A DNA stretch of 64,000 nucleotides from Candidatus Levyibacteriota bacterium (GTDB lineage: Bacteria; Patescibacteriota; Microgenomatia; Levybacterales; UBA12049), in assembly GCA_013816255.1 (NCBI GenBank), contig JACDET010000001.1:67968-131967 (forward strand), written 5' to 3'. Below the pieces are notes generated by a model. The model ran no database searches, was not told the DNA's origin, and saw nothing but the letters and a program-made list of their open reading frames with translations. The translations under genes were made by a program, and so were the position numbers. Positions 10,144-21,115 of the stretch are shown here, in pieces (the first letter of the stretch is position 1; every line of letters begins with the position of its first letter).

Positions 10144-10800
10144 TTATAAAAAAGTTTTGTATTTTTCTTCATCAAATTCAGTAAGCCTATTTATCATTAA
10201 GTCTGCAATGCAGAATCTCTTATCATCTTTCATTTTTTCATCAGGTACGGCTACGCATTTCATCTTTGCAGCTTTTGCAGATAATACTCCATTTGGAGAA
10301 TCTTCAAATGCCAAACAGTGTTCCGGCTGAACTTCCAGCTTCTCTGCAGCCGTTATATAAACACCAGGATGCGGCTTGCCATATGGTTCATGTTCCGCAG
10401 AACAAATTACACTTAATGAATCTCGAATTGCAAGTTTATCTAATACGGCATTAATTATTTCCATTTGTGATGATGATGCAATTGCCAGAGGTATATTTTT
10501 GCCACGAAAAAACTCTACTAATTCTTTTACTCCATTTCTTGAAGTGCCTTTTAATTTTACTAATTCAATTACTTTTGCCACAACTTCTGCTTGTACCTCT
10601 TGTTGTGTTGGGGATTCCCAGGGGAAACGGCTGAACCAATACTGGACAACTTCGTCTACTCGTAATCCCATCGTCTGCTTCGTCATTTCGCTTGTTAGGG
10701 GAACAGCTACCTTATTAAAAACCTCTACTTCAGCCTCTTCCCACAAGGGCTCGCTATCAATGAGAAGGCCGTCCATATCTAATATTACAGCTTTAATCAT
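10144..10800 (-). CDS. HAD-superfamily sugar phosphatase (HxpB/YniC-like)
   Basis: DMDGLLIDSEPLW, GKPHPGVY, FEDSPNG. Confidence 0.88.
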   Translation of the reverse strand: MIKAVILDMDGLLIDSEPLWEEAEVEVFNKVAVPLTSEMTKQTMGLRVDEVVQYWFSRFPWESPTQQEVQAEVVAKVIELVKLKGTSRNGVKELVEFFRGKNIPLAIASSSQMEIINAVLDKLAIRDSLSVICSAEHEPYGKPHPGVYITAAEKLEVQPEHCLAFEDSPNGVLSAKAAKMKCVAVPDEKMKDDKRFCIADLMINRLTEFDEEKYKTFL

Positions 10801-11027
10801 AATCGGAGTATAACAGATTCTAATATCCCAGGGTAGTAAAAGCTGTGGGATGATCAGCTTCAGGTTGAAGAATAATTTTCACTTTCTTAATGAGCCTTGA
10901 AGTTGGTGCCATTTCTGGAATATCTGGGTCACAAGCTGCTATTTAAGCCCTCTTTTGATTATATCTACACCAATCAATACTTTCATAATGCAATGTATTT
11001 GCTCTCATTGTATAATTGATTATAGTG

Positions 11028-12575
11028 ATGAAAGCAAAGAGTAAAGAAGAAGTAACTAGTAAACGTAAAAGATTCTATTTATCAAAATGGAGTATTGCTC
11101 TTATTGCTATTGTGATCGTTGGAGCTGTTTTAAGGTTTTGGAATTTTCCTCATGGATATACATTTGATGGAGACGCAACCCGTGACGCAATCATAGCGTA
11201 TGAAGGTGCCCGTACAGGGTACTTTCCGCTTGTTGGCGCCTTCTCCTCAACCGGACCATATACGTTTGGTCCCTGGTATTATGTCAGTTTGATTGCTGCA
11301 GCATTTGTCGCACCGACCCCATATACACCATGGATACTTATGGGTTTGACCTCAATTATGACGGTTATTGTCATGTATGACATTGGTAGGCTGGTGAGTT
11401 CAAAAAAATTGGGTTTACTCCTGGCACTGCTTACTGCACTTGCTCCTTCACAAATTGCAGTGAGCACATCTCTGAGTAATATCGCGCCAGTTGCATTCTT
11501 TGCGACACTTTCTCTTTGGGCTGCGGTTCGTATTATAAAAACTCTACGCCCTAAAATGTATTGGTATCTTATTTTTGGTGTATGTATCGGTCTTGCCATA
11601 AATGCTCATTACCAAAGTATAGGATTATTAGTGATGCCAATTGCTGTATGGTTCTTGTCCAAAGAAAAACGATATCAAAACGCGTTACTTTTTGTATTGG
11701 GAGTACTAGTAACATTTATACCTCTGCTCTTATTTAATTTTACAAATGATTGGCATACAGTACGGGGGATGTATGCATATTATCTCTCTCGAGACCAATT
11801 TTATGTTGCAAATAGTTGGAGCATCTACGTCTTTGCATTTTTGCCTTCACTCATTACCAATATATTTGGGACATCGCAAATGATCAGTATGATTATGCTT
11901 ATCTCTCTGCCATTACTTTTTTCTTTCTATATCTTCAAAAAAAAGATACCGGCAAATGTCTTTGTCCCAACCATCGTACTATTAGTTAATTTCATTTCAC
12001 TCCGTTACTATGGAGGAGAACGGTTATTTCCGTATCATTACTTTCTTGAACCACTTATTCTTTTTATCGTTGGTTTTAGTTTGTACAAACTCTTGTCAAT
12101 AAAACGCTATGGCATAGTTCTTTTTTTGATCGCTACGCTTCCTGTCATTGTCAGTATGGGTAATTATGATATTAATAGACAACGTATTCTCGCACAAGAT
12201 CATGATCGTATTCCATCTGAGGCTAAGACTTTGCTTCAAAAATATCCTGACAACCGTCTTGTATTCTATAAATGCAACGGTGATCCAAGTCCAAAAGCTG
12301 AAGCCATACAATATTTACTGCAGTTCGAATCATTATCTGAAAAAGGTTCTGTGCAAAAGCTTGGACTTGAAACAGGAATATGCAAATATCCGACGACGCC
12401 ACGTAATGATTTCACTATTACTTCCACTCGGGAGTTACAAGAATCAATCTATCCGCCAGTAAAAGGAACGTCAGTTGCTGATTTTACCAATGCAACAGAC
12501 GCGGCACTGAAAGATGCATTGTGGCAAGAAGTGACAACGAAAAAACTCTTTATTAAAGCTACACAGTGGTATTAA
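11028..12575 (+). CDS. GT-C glycosyltransferase (ArnT/PMT-like)
   Basis: FDGDATRD, PLVG..SS....GPWYY; multi-TM; ATG 11028 follows TATAAT. Confidence 0.75.
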   Translation: MKAKSKEEVTSKRKRFYLSKWSIALIAIVIVGAVLRFWNFPHGYTFDGDATRDAIIAYEGARTGYFPLVGAFSSTGPYTFGPWYYVSLIAAAFVAPTPYTPWILMGLTSIMTVIVMYDIGRLVSSKKLGLLLALLTALAPSQIAVSTSLSNIAPVAFFATLSLWAAVRIIKTLRPKMYWYLIFGVCIGLAINAHYQSIGLLVMPIAVWFLSKEKRYQNALLFVLGVLVTFIPLLLFNFTNDWHTVRGMYAYYLSRDQFYVANSWSIYVFAFLPSLITNIFGTSQMISMIMLISLPLLFSFYIFKKKIPANVFVPTIVLLVNFISLRYYGGERLFPYHYFLEPLILFIVGFSLYKLLSIKRYGIVLFLIATLPVIVSMGNYDINRQRILAQDHDRIPSEAKTLLQKYPDNRLVFYKCNGDPSPKAEAIQYLLQFESLSEKGSVQKLGLETGICKYPTTPRNDFTITSTRELQESIYPPVKGTSVADFTNATDAALKDALWQEVTTKKLFIKATQWY

Positions 12576-12590
12576 ATACTGATATAAAGA

Positions 12591-14078
12591 TTACTGTACT
12601 TCAAGGATTGTTTCCTCATCATTTACTTTTCTTTCTTTGAACTGCACTTCAGGAACTGATTTTTTTACAGCGTCGGTATCACTATTTTTCCCAACCAACC
12701 ATTTGATACTCTTATCGCGTACTTTTACACTGACGTCTTTGCGGCTGATAAATAACTCGGTTGTACCATCAACATTGTCAGGTGATGAAAGTATTTTGCG
12801 CTCAGTATAATACACTGTTGTCGGATACAAATGATCCAGACGCACTATTGTTTCACCCTCTTCTGTTAATGTATGCAAGACTTTACTACTTTCTGTTTGT
12901 TTTTCATTTGCCGAGGTATCAAGAATTGGAAGGATATTAATTGTAAGTGTACGATATGCAAGTAATGATGTGACAAGAAGTATTGCAACTTTTAAAATTA
13001 GATTATTTCTAAAAATCTTAACCACATGATACGTTCCGTAGGCAATAAGCAGCGACCAAAAAGGCATTGCGGGAATCAAATACCAATTATTTGTCCGCTC
13101 TGTAAAGCTTAGCTGTATGAGTAACGCCCCACCATAAAGTAACATAAGAAATGCTTTGGGATCTTTTATATACCAGAGCGCAAAAAGTACGCCAATGATA
13201 AGAACAAATGTGAATCTTCGTTGTAATGAATAATATGTGTAGAGAAAGTAATCAAAGTTAAACTGACTCAAGCTCACAGTGGCCACACCATGATCACTTT
13301 CATAGATAAAATAGTTTACAAAAGATGGTCCACTTACGAGTGATCCTCCATAAAGCCATATTGCAGGGGGAAGCACAGCGACAGCAATCATTAAGAGATA
13401 CTGTTTATATCGTTTGATCATTCCTGTTCGTTCAAACAACAATTCATGCAGAATAAATATACCGATCGGAAGAAATACGAGCTGTGCCCGCGCAAGATAA
13501 ATCAGTGCAAATAGTAGTCCAAGGAGTATATATTTATATTTCGTTTTACTCAGCTGTACGAGGAAAACTAATAAGATTAATAATGCGGAGAGTATATCTA
13601 TGTTGCCACTCCGCATTCTCCACACAAATACATTATTTAAAGCGAGCGTTATAAACGCCAAGAACGCAGGAACCAAACCGTAATTCTTATAAGAAAACCA
13701 TGCCACGAGCATTACAATAATAATTCCACTGATAGCTGATGGAACCCTCACCGAAAACTCTGAAAGACCAATAATACTTGCAACCATTGCAGATAACCAC
13801 ATATATAAAGGAGGTTTATCAAGCCACATGGCTTCATTCCAATACATAACGAAGAACTGTTTTGTCTGCATCATGTTTCTTGTTACATCTGCGTACCATG
13901 CTTCATCCCAATTTTCCATTGGTGATTTTCCTAGTTGAAAAAATGCTAAATAGGTAACGAAAAGTAAACCTGAAGCAAAAATAATTTTTACAATAAGTGG
14001 CATGTATTGAGAAAGAGATGTATTTTTTGAAGATGATGTCTCTTTTTTTTCTATAACTTTCTTTACTACTCTTTTCAT
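12591..14078 (-). CDS. ArnT/GT83-like glycosyltransferase
   Basis: WDEAWYA, DKPPLYMWL, EFSVRVPSA, RSGNID. Confidence 0.85.
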   Translation of the reverse strand: MKRVVKKVIEKKETSSSKNTSLSQYMPLIVKIIFASGLLFVTYLAFFQLGKSPMENWDEAWYADVTRNMMQTKQFFVMYWNEAMWLDKPPLYMWLSAMVASIIGLSEFSVRVPSAISGIIIVMLVAWFSYKNYGLVPAFLAFITLALNNVFVWRMRSGNIDILSALLILLVFLVQLSKTKYKYILLGLLFALIYLARAQLVFLPIGIFILHELLFERTGMIKRYKQYLLMIAVAVLPPAIWLYGGSLVSGPSFVNYFIYESDHGVATVSLSQFNFDYFLYTYYSLQRRFTFVLIIGVLFALWYIKDPKAFLMLLYGGALLIQLSFTERTNNWYLIPAMPFWSLLIAYGTYHVVKIFRNNLILKVAILLVTSLLAYRTLTINILPILDTSANEKQTESSKVLHTLTEEGETIVRLDHLYPTTVYYTERKILSSPDNVDGTTELFISRKDVSVKVRDKSIKWLVGKNSDTDAVKKSVPEVQFKERKVNDEETILEVQ

Positions 14079-14195
14079 ACATCTTTATAATATCACAGAG
14101 CAATAGAATAATGTTGCTCGTGTATTGATATACAGTTTGATGTATACGTATTGACTCAATCCATTATTTATTATATAAAAGTAATACAAGCTTAT

Positions 14196-15467
14196 ATGTC
14201 TGCCCCATATAAAAATAAAAAACGGTTATTTGCTTCTTTTGCCATACTTTTTATGGCGCTCTTTAGCGTTTCTTTTTTTAATACTTCTCAAACAATTGAC
14301 ACAAATCAGGAAGTAATTGGTGCATCGCTCATCACAAAAACTCCTCCAACTCCATTTAAGAAACTTACACCAACATCAATCGCTGTGAAAGAAAAACTTT
14401 CTGCTCCATCGCTCATTCCTGTTAAACGTTCCTCTTCTTTATCTGGCTTACGTGTACAAGGAAATACATTAGTCAATGCAGGAGGAGAATCCGTAAGATT
14501 ATTTGGCGCAAATCGTAGTGGAACTGAATATGCATGTCTTAATGGAAATTTCTCAGATGGCCCAGTAGATAGTAACTCACTGAAAGCAATGCAGAAATGG
14601 CATCTTAATACTGTACGAGTACCGCTCAATGAATCTTGTTGGCTTGGTATAAACAGCACAGGTCTTGGTGGAATTGCATATCAAAATAAAGTTAAAAATT
14701 ACGTGGATACGATAACAGCAAGTGGTATGGTTGCTATTTTAGATCTCCACTGGAATGCTCCAGGTACTGAGAAAGCAGTTGGACAAAACCCAATGCCAGA
14801 TGCAGATCACACGCCGTCATTTTGGAGAGAAGTGGCAACGACATTTAAAACAAATGATAAGGTAATCTTTGATCTTTTCAATGAACCTGATCCAATCCCT
14901 TTCAGAAATGATTATCCAGGTGGTTTCTCCCAATGGCAAACTGATGATTTTAATTGTCTTCTTAATGGCTGTGAAGTGACAGCAAAGAATGGCATAAAAT
15001 ATCAAGGTATAGGTATGCAAAAGCTTGTTGATGTTGTCCGCGAAACAGGCGCTACAAATATCATTATGATTGCGGGCATACAGTCTGCCCAAACAATTAC
15101 ACAGTATCAAGGAAATAATAATACAAATCCGAAAGGTTACATGCCAATTGATCCTCTGAATAATCTTGCAGTTGCAATGCATCAGTATAACCGTGCTGCA
15201 TGTTCTGATGTACAATGTTGGGAAGCAACAATTGCACCTGTTGCAGCAGTGTATCCAATTATTACTGGAGAATTTGGCGATATCGATTGTACGGCTGATT
15301 ATACAAAGCAACTCCTTCCATGGTTGGACAAATATAAAATAAGCTATGTCGGTTGGACGTGGGATGTCTGGCCAGAAAGTTGCGAGGGGTTGATCAAAAA
15401 TTATACTGGTACGCCAAATAAACCATATGGTCAAGCATATTATAATCACCTCAAATCAATCCACTAG
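14196..15467 (+). CDS. Membrane-anchored/secreted GH5 endoglycanase (cellulase family)
   Basis: GANRSGTEYAC, VRVPLNE, LDLHW, FDLFNEP (acid/base), ITGEFG (nucleophile); N-terminal TM. Confidence 0.9.
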   Translation: MSAPYKNKKRLFASFAILFMALFSVSFFNTSQTIDTNQEVIGASLITKTPPTPFKKLTPTSIAVKEKLSAPSLIPVKRSSSLSGLRVQGNTLVNAGGESVRLFGANRSGTEYACLNGNFSDGPVDSNSLKAMQKWHLNTVRVPLNESCWLGINSTGLGGIAYQNKVKNYVDTITASGMVAILDLHWNAPGTEKAVGQNPMPDADHTPSFWREVATTFKTNDKVIFDLFNEPDPIPFRNDYPGGFSQWQTDDFNCLLNGCEVTAKNGIKYQGIGMQKLVDVVRETGATNIIMIAGIQSAQTITQYQGNNNTNPKGYMPIDPLNNLAVAMHQYNRAACSDVQCWEATIAPVAAVYPIITGEFGDIDCTADYTKQLLPWLDKYKISYVGWTWDVWPESCEGLIKNYTGTPNKPYGQAYYNHLKSIH

Positions 15468-15469
15468 TG

Positions 15470-15551
15470 TATACTCCTTTAAAAGGATTCTACAATAGCG
15501 TAGTATGCCTCGTCATTCATTTTGCAAACTGAATGACGATAGGTATATACT
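15470..15551 (+). repeat. Dispersed intergenic element, copy A (hairpin plus promoter)
   Basis: Highly similar to the reverse complement of 44996-45092; arms 15511-15519/15530-15538; TTGCAA-N18-TATACT 6 nt before ATG 15558. Confidence 0.85.
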
Positions 15552-15557
15552 TAACTA

Positions 15558-16157
15558 ATGACTAATGCGTATCCATTAAAGTTACGTTTTAAACTTATTG
15601 CACTTGCACCTAAGGTAAGTCTCACAGATGCACATGGAAAAGAGATTTTATATATCGAACAAAAATTATTTGCATTGAAAGAGTCTGTGAAAGTATTTGA
15701 CAATTCTATAGATAAAAATCTTCTCTATACCATCAAGGCCAATCAACTCCTCGATATTGGTGCCAGGTATATCTTCCGTGACTTAGGTGAAAAAGAAATT
15801 GGCTCGACACAACAAGAAGGGATGCGATCACTTTATCAGGCAAGTTATATAGTTTTTGATAAGCGCCAAACTGAAGTATTTCGAATTATCCAGGCCAATC
15901 CAATGATCGCTATTCTAGATACAATCTTGAGCTTTATTCCTCTTGCAGACATTTTCTCAAATTTTATTCTAAATCCTACTTATACTATATCAAAAAAAGA
16001 AAACGAAGAACCAGTCTTAACTATGAAAAAGAAACCAAGTTTTTTTGAATCAAATTTTGAAATAACGGCTCATGAGATTGATATAACAGAAGAACAAGAA
16101 CTTCTTTTACTACTTTCCAGTCTTATGCTTGTCCAGCTAGAACGCAATCGGGGCTAA
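15558..16157 (+). CDS. LURP-one/scramblase-like (tubby C-terminal fold) protein
   Basis: YPL...FKLIALAP, QKLFALKE, GMRSLY, KKPSFFE.F, ER.RG terminus. Confidence 0.65.
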   Translation: MTNAYPLKLRFKLIALAPKVSLTDAHGKEILYIEQKLFALKESVKVFDNSIDKNLLYTIKANQLLDIGARYIFRDLGEKEIGSTQQEGMRSLYQASYIVFDKRQTEVFRIIQANPMIAILDTILSFIPLADIFSNFILNPTYTISKKENEEPVLTMKKKPSFFESNFEITAHEIDITEEQELLLLLSSLMLVQLERNRG

Positions 16158-16531
16158 TTAGTTGACGAAGTATATTTAGCAATTATTCCCAGAAGATCGT
16201 CCATTTTAAATGGTTTCGCGAGAAAATCATCTGCTCCCGATTCTTTAGCAGATTCGGAAATATCACGACTTGCCGAAATCATAATGACTGGAATATTCTT
16301 GGTAAGTGTCTTTTTCTTAAGATATTTACAGATTTCGCGTCCATCTTGTCCTGACATCCAAATATCTAGAAGTAATAAGTCAGGAAAATCTTTTTCCATC
16401 TTATAGATAGTTTCACCATTAACTGTCGTATCAACACTGTATCCCTCTTCCTCAAGCATAAACTGTACTGCGTCACAAATTGCAGGATCATCATCTGCTA
16501 TTAATATCTTTTTATCTTTTTTATTATCCAT
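16154..16531 (-). CDS. Stand-alone response regulator receiver
   Basis: IADDD, LLDIWMSGQDG, ISA, KPF; no output domain. Confidence 0.92.
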   Translation of the reverse strand: MDNKKDKKILIADDDPAICDAVQFMLEEEGYSVDTTVNGETIYKMEKDFPDLLLLDIWMSGQDGREICKYLKKKTLTKNIPVIMISASRDISESAKESGADDFLAKPFKMDDLLGIIAKYTSSTN

Positions 16532-16580
16532 AGTATTTAACTATACAATATCTAGATTTGAAACCAGTAAGAACCCAGTT

Positions 16581-17708
16581 TCAATCGTGTTGTATTTCTT
16601 CCTCCAAAACATTATTTTGAGGATTTTTAATTTTTGCATTTATAGGTAAGGTAAAACAAAAAGTAGATCCTTTACCCAATTCACTTTCGACCCAAAGTAA
16701 TCCTTTCTGACGTTTCATTATTTCATTTGAAATATATAATCCAAGCCCAAGTCCTGGAAAAGTATTCTCTTTTGGACCACTAATACGGTAAAAGCGCTCG
16801 AATAATCTCTCTTTATTATTTTCAGGAATACCTATACCAAAGTCTTGTACACAAAGGCGTACATTTTCACTATCAATACTTTGCTTTATAATAATTTTCT
16901 CTGTATGGGGAGAATACTTTATGGCATTTGAGATAAGATTTGTAAGCACCTGTCCAGTTCTTTCTCTATCAGCTTGCACTTTTTGTTTTGTTTTACCTTC
17001 AATATGTAAAGTATGCCGAAATGTTGTCCGCTGCATCTCTTCAACAATCTCCACTACAAATGCATCAAAATCAAATTTCTCCTGATGCATACGCAGTTTA
17101 CCAGATTCAATTTTGGTAGCATCAAGTAGGTCTGATATGAGCATGGTTAATTTATCCAACTGCGCATTCATTTTCCCAAGCTGTTTAGAAGAGAACATAT
17201 CACCATTTTTGGCAAATTTCTTTTCAAGAACTTCAGCATATGCTTTTAGTGAGGTTACTGGCGTCTTTAGTTCATGCGTCGCAATACCGATAAAATCATT
17301 CTTGTCCTGTTCCACCTTTTTTTCTTGACTGACGTCTGTATGTTGTAAAACAATATGTGTAATTTTTCCTTTTGCATTTTTTATAGGAAAAATTTTCGCC
17401 GCAACCCATCTATCAGATACAGCATTTTTAACTGAGACAGTTTTTTCTGGAAAATATTGTATTGCCGGAACGTCAACAATTTTCCCTTTAAATCCTTTTT
17501 TAATTGCTGTCATTACACTTGTTTCGACAAGCTGTTGATCATTGAGAATATTATATGATTTTAGCTCTGGAAATCGTATATTCCACAACTTTTCCCAAGC
17601 TTTATTCACCAATATTGTTTCCCCATCTGGAGTAAAAATTTGCGTACTTATAGGAGATTGTGCAAAGATAGTTTTGAAAAGTAGTAAATGAGTATCGATC
17701 ATACGCAT
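16581..17708 (-). CDS. Cytoplasmic PAS histidine kinase
   Basis: PAS; H-box THELKTP; NAIKYS, DFGIG and GLGLGL boxes; no TM. Confidence 0.92.
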   Translation of the reverse strand: MRMIDTHLLLFKTIFAQSPISTQIFTPDGETILVNKAWEKLWNIRFPELKSYNILNDQQLVETSVMTAIKKGFKGKIVDVPAIQYFPEKTVSVKNAVSDRWVAAKIFPIKNAKGKITHIVLQHTDVSQEKKVEQDKNDFIGIATHELKTPVTSLKAYAEVLEKKFAKNGDMFSSKQLGKMNAQLDKLTMLISDLLDATKIESGKLRMHQEKFDFDAFVVEIVEEMQRTTFRHTLHIEGKTKQKVQADRERTGQVLTNLISNAIKYSPHTEKIIIKQSIDSENVRLCVQDFGIGIPENNKERLFERFYRISGPKENTFPGLGLGLYISNEIMKRQKGLLWVESELGKGSTFCFTLPINAKIKNPQNNVLEEEIQHD

Positions 17709-17770
17709 ATTGACTTGTATAATACGCCATAGTATACCACAGAGAAGTTGGTGAGTGAAGAAAGAAGATT

Positions 17771-18478
17771 TTAGCTAAGAGTTTTTTTGCGAAAATCTGC
17801 TATAATAACACTTGAGTCTGGATCAGCATCAGGACTGGAACCGTCAACATCTTGGAGAGATCGTCTTTCCATTGATTCACTTTTTTTGGTGCCAAAACGC
17901 TCTGGATAGCGTAACATTGCTTCTTCTTCAAATACTCCTAAAGCTGTTGCTCGACGTACATCTGCTTCTAGTTCTTGAAGTGTCTTTTTACGAAGTTCCA
18001 ACGTGGTTGTATTATCGATACCAATTACTTCGCTCAGCGTTATAGTAGTTACCCTTTCTTGTGCTTTTTTTCTCAATCTTAGAACTGTTTCGAAGGATAA
18101 TGTACTCTGCCTTGCAGTCGTATCAAGTTCGCGGGATGTTCTTTCTGCGGTTACGTGATTTAATGCTGACCTAAAGCTAACAGGAAAGACGTTCTCTTCT
18201 TTTGCTTTCACTTTTGCTTCTACATCATCAATATACATGAAAGTAGCATCTAAGAGCCCTTGTATGCTATTTGATTTTCTTAATTCATTCTCACTACTAA
18301 ATGAAGGTAAACTGTTTTGTGAAAGACGTGAAGGAACGCCAGCTATTGTTGTCCGATCAGGAACATTCAGAACACTGATATTACCTGCTTCAACCATGGA
18401 AGGCAGAGCTCTCCCAGTTACCATTCTTGCAAATGACGAATTTCTTTCTCCTAATAAAAGCATAAAAAACCTCTGCAA
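17771..18478 (-). CDS. Hypothetical protein
   Basis: 235-codon ORF filling the gap; no recognisable motif; start uncertain. Confidence 0.5.
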   Translation of the reverse strand: MQRFFMLLLGERNSSFARMVTGRALPSMVEAGNISVLNVPDRTTIAGVPSRLSQNSLPSFSSENELRKSNSIQGLLDATFMYIDDVEAKVKAKEENVFPVSFRSALNHVTAERTSRELDTTARQSTLSFETVLRLRKKAQERVTTITLSEVIGIDNTTTLELRKKTLQELEADVRRATALGVFEEEAMLRYPERFGTKKSESMERRSLQDVDGSSPDADPDSSVIIADFRKKTLS

Positions 18479-18673
18479 TAGTATATACTAATTTGTCGAC
18501 ATTTCTTGACAACAACCTGACAAAGGTTGAGCGACACTATAGAATAGTGCTATATTTTTGAGCTCAATTTTATAGTACAGACTTACGAGTTAGAGTACAT
18601 GACAAAAAAACTTATAATAAAAGACGAATTATTTGTCAGGAATGCTTCAGCTTAGAGGATAAGATGCTAGAAA

Positions 18674-21043
18674 CTAAATCGCGTGGTGTGCAGGAAGAAT
18701 TGGTGTTTCTTCTGTAACTCCATCTGCTGATTTAGCTTTAGCGAGTGGTTTGGTTAAAGCAATCTTGAGTACTTCATCCATGTGACTGACGAACTTAAAT
18801 GTAAGGTCTTTTAGTACTTCTGGTGGAATATCCTCAAGATCTTTCTTATTATCTTTTGGCAATATAATGGTTTTCAAGCCTGAACGGTGTGCTGCTATTA
18901 CTTTTTCTTTAACTCCACCGATTTCAAGAGCCCGTCCACGAAGCGTTACTTCACCTGTCATAGCAACTTTACGGTTGATTGGATTTTTGGTAAGCGCTGA
19001 GATGATTGCAGTTGAGATAGCAAGTCCTGCTGATGGGCCATCTTTTGGTACTGCGCCTTCAGGGACATGTACATGAATATCAGTCTTTTGGAATACTTTA
19101 TCTGAGATTCCCATTGTATGTGCACGTGACCGTATATAAGAGAGAGCTGCTTGCGCAGATTCCTTCATAACATCTCCGAGTTGTCCTGTGAGTGTCAAAT
19201 GACCTTTACCTGGCATAAGTGCAACTTCAATAAAAAGAATCTCTCCGCCAGCTTCAGTCCATGCAAGTCCTGTTGACTGACCGATTTCATCATTTTTTTC
19301 AATCATCGTACCATGATACTTTTCAGGACCAAGATACTTTGGAATATCTGTCGCTTTAACAACCACTTTTCCTTTTTCACCTTCAGCAACCTTTTTGGCA
19401 ATTTTACGAAAAACTGTAGCAATTCTGCGCTCAAGGTTACGTACACCAGCTTCACGCGTATAATGATGAATTATGAAAAGGAGTGCTTCATCGGTAATTT
19501 CAACTTGTGTCTTTTTCAAGCCATGATTTTCAAGTTGCTTACTGATAAGGAAATCATGTGAAATTTTAAATTTCTCATCGTGGGTGTATCCAGCAAAATG
19601 TATAATCTCGAGTCTATCACGCAGTGCCGGCGGAATAGTATCTAAGACATTAGCCGTTGTGATGAACATAACATTTGAAAGATCAAATGGAACTTCCAGA
19701 TAATGATCAGAGAATTGTCCATTTTGTTCTGGATCCAATGCTTCTAGAAGCGCACTTGATGGATCACCACGGAAATCTGAACCAACTTTGTCAATTTCAT
19801 CAAGCATAAAGACCGGATTTTTGGTGCCTGAGTCTTTAACACCTTGGATAATACGTCCAGGAAGCGCTCCGACGTATGTTCTGCGGTGACCGCGGATTTC
19901 AGCTTCATCTCGGATGCCACCAAGTGATACTCGGACAAATTTACGTCCTAGAGCACGGGCAATTGATTTACCAATTGATGTTTTACCCACACCTGGAGGT
20001 CCAGCAAAACAAAGAATTGGACCTTTCATCTTTCCTGAAAGCTTGTGTACAGCTAAGTATTCAATAATACGCTCTTTCGCCTTTGACAAACCATAATGAT
20101 CTTCATCAAGCGTTTTTTCAGCAGTCTTAATGTTTGATACATCTTTACTTTCTTCAGACCATGGAAGTGCAACCATAAGATCTAAATAGTTACGGATATA
20201 TCCTGCTTCAGGATTGAATTGGTTCATATTCTGTAATTTATTCAATTCCTTACGGGCTTTCTCTTCAACTTCTTGTGGCATTTTTGCATCTTTGATCTTA
20301 TTCAAAAGGATACGGATTTCAGAATTTTCTTCTTTATCTCCTAGTTCTTCCTCAATGGTTCTTAATCTTTCACGAAGCATTGCTTCCCGTGCTCCTTTTT
20401 CAAAACGTTCTTGCGTCTTTGAAGCAATTCTACGCTCCAGTTCAAGAATCTTAATTTCTTTCGCGAGGAGTTCTGTTAATTTTTGTAAACGTCCTTTAAC
20501 ATCTGTCATTTCTAAGAGTTCTTGACGCTCTTGTGGCTTAAGATCAAGTGCTGAGGCAATTAGATCTGAAAGTTCGGCTGGAGATGTTTCTGACATGATG
20601 TTCATGAAAAGAAGGAAATCTGCAGATTTACCGAAATTCATCGCTTTTCTAAATTCATTGGTGAGGTGATTACAAAGAGCTTTAATCTCTTCATTCTTCT
20701 CGACTTCTTCAGGAAGCTCAATAACCCGAGCCATAAAATACGAATCATGTTTTTCATATCCAAGGATTTTTACACGGGATATTCCGCGAACCTGAGCATT
20801 AATTTCACCATCAGTTCGAATCATACGTTCAATACGCGAAAGTGTACCAATTTCGTAAAGATCGTCAGAACTTGGGTCATTAAGACGTGCATTTTTTTGC
20901 AATACAAAACAGACAACTCTTTCTTTTTGGAATGCGGATTCTAAGGCTGCAAGACTTTTTGGACGTCCAAAAGTAAGGACTGAATCTGTGCTTGGGAATA
21001 TAATGCCGTCTCTAATTGGAATTACTGGGACTAATTTTTCCAT
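18674..21043 (-). CDS. lon: ATP-dependent Lon protease
   Basis: LON N-domain, GPPGVGKTS, PKDGPSAG (catalytic Ser), GGVKEK (catalytic Lys); ATG 21043 preferred. Confidence 0.97.
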   Translation of the reverse strand: MEKLVPVIPIRDGIIFPSTDSVLTFGRPKSLAALESAFQKERVVCFVLQKNARLNDPSSDDLYEIGTLSRIERMIRTDGEINAQVRGISRVKILGYEKHDSYFMARVIELPEEVEKNEEIKALCNHLTNEFRKAMNFGKSADFLLFMNIMSETSPAELSDLIASALDLKPQERQELLEMTDVKGRLQKLTELLAKEIKILELERRIASKTQERFEKGAREAMLRERLRTIEEELGDKEENSEIRILLNKIKDAKMPQEVEEKARKELNKLQNMNQFNPEAGYIRNYLDLMVALPWSEESKDVSNIKTAEKTLDEDHYGLSKAKERIIEYLAVHKLSGKMKGPILCFAGPPGVGKTSIGKSIARALGRKFVRVSLGGIRDEAEIRGHRRTYVGALPGRIIQGVKDSGTKNPVFMLDEIDKVGSDFRGDPSSALLEALDPEQNGQFSDHYLEVPFDLSNVMFITTANVLDTIPPALRDRLEIIHFAGYTHDEKFKISHDFLISKQLENHGLKKTQVEITDEALLFIIHHYTREAGVRNLERRIATVFRKIAKKVAEGEKGKVVVKATDIPKYLGPEKYHGTMIEKNDEIGQSTGLAWTEAGGEILFIEVALMPGKGHLTLTGQLGDVMKESAQAALSYIRSRAHTMGISDKVFQKTDIHVHVPEGAVPKDGPSAGLAISTAIISALTKNPINRKVAMTGEVTLRGRALEIGGVKEKVIAAHRSGLKTIILPKDNKKDLEDIPPEVLKDLTFKFVSHMDEVLKIALTKPLAKAKSADGVTEETPILPAHHAI

Positions 21044-21081
21044 AAATATTTGTTCTAATATTGAAGTTCTAAAAGAACTAA

Positions 21082-21115
21082 TTAGCAATCTATCATAGTT
21101 TCTGCTAATTGTCAA
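21082..21115 (-). promoter_or_regulatory. CIRCE-like (HrcA) operator overlapping the lon promoter
   Basis: TTAGCAATC-N9-TTCTGCTAA (21082-21108) vs consensus TTAGCACTC-N9-GAGTGCTAA; minus-strand TTGACA-N17-TAGATT. Confidence 0.7.

Noticed and set aside
10820-10986. Possible frameshifted small minus-strand gene
   Set aside because: Short fragments with no recognisable homology.
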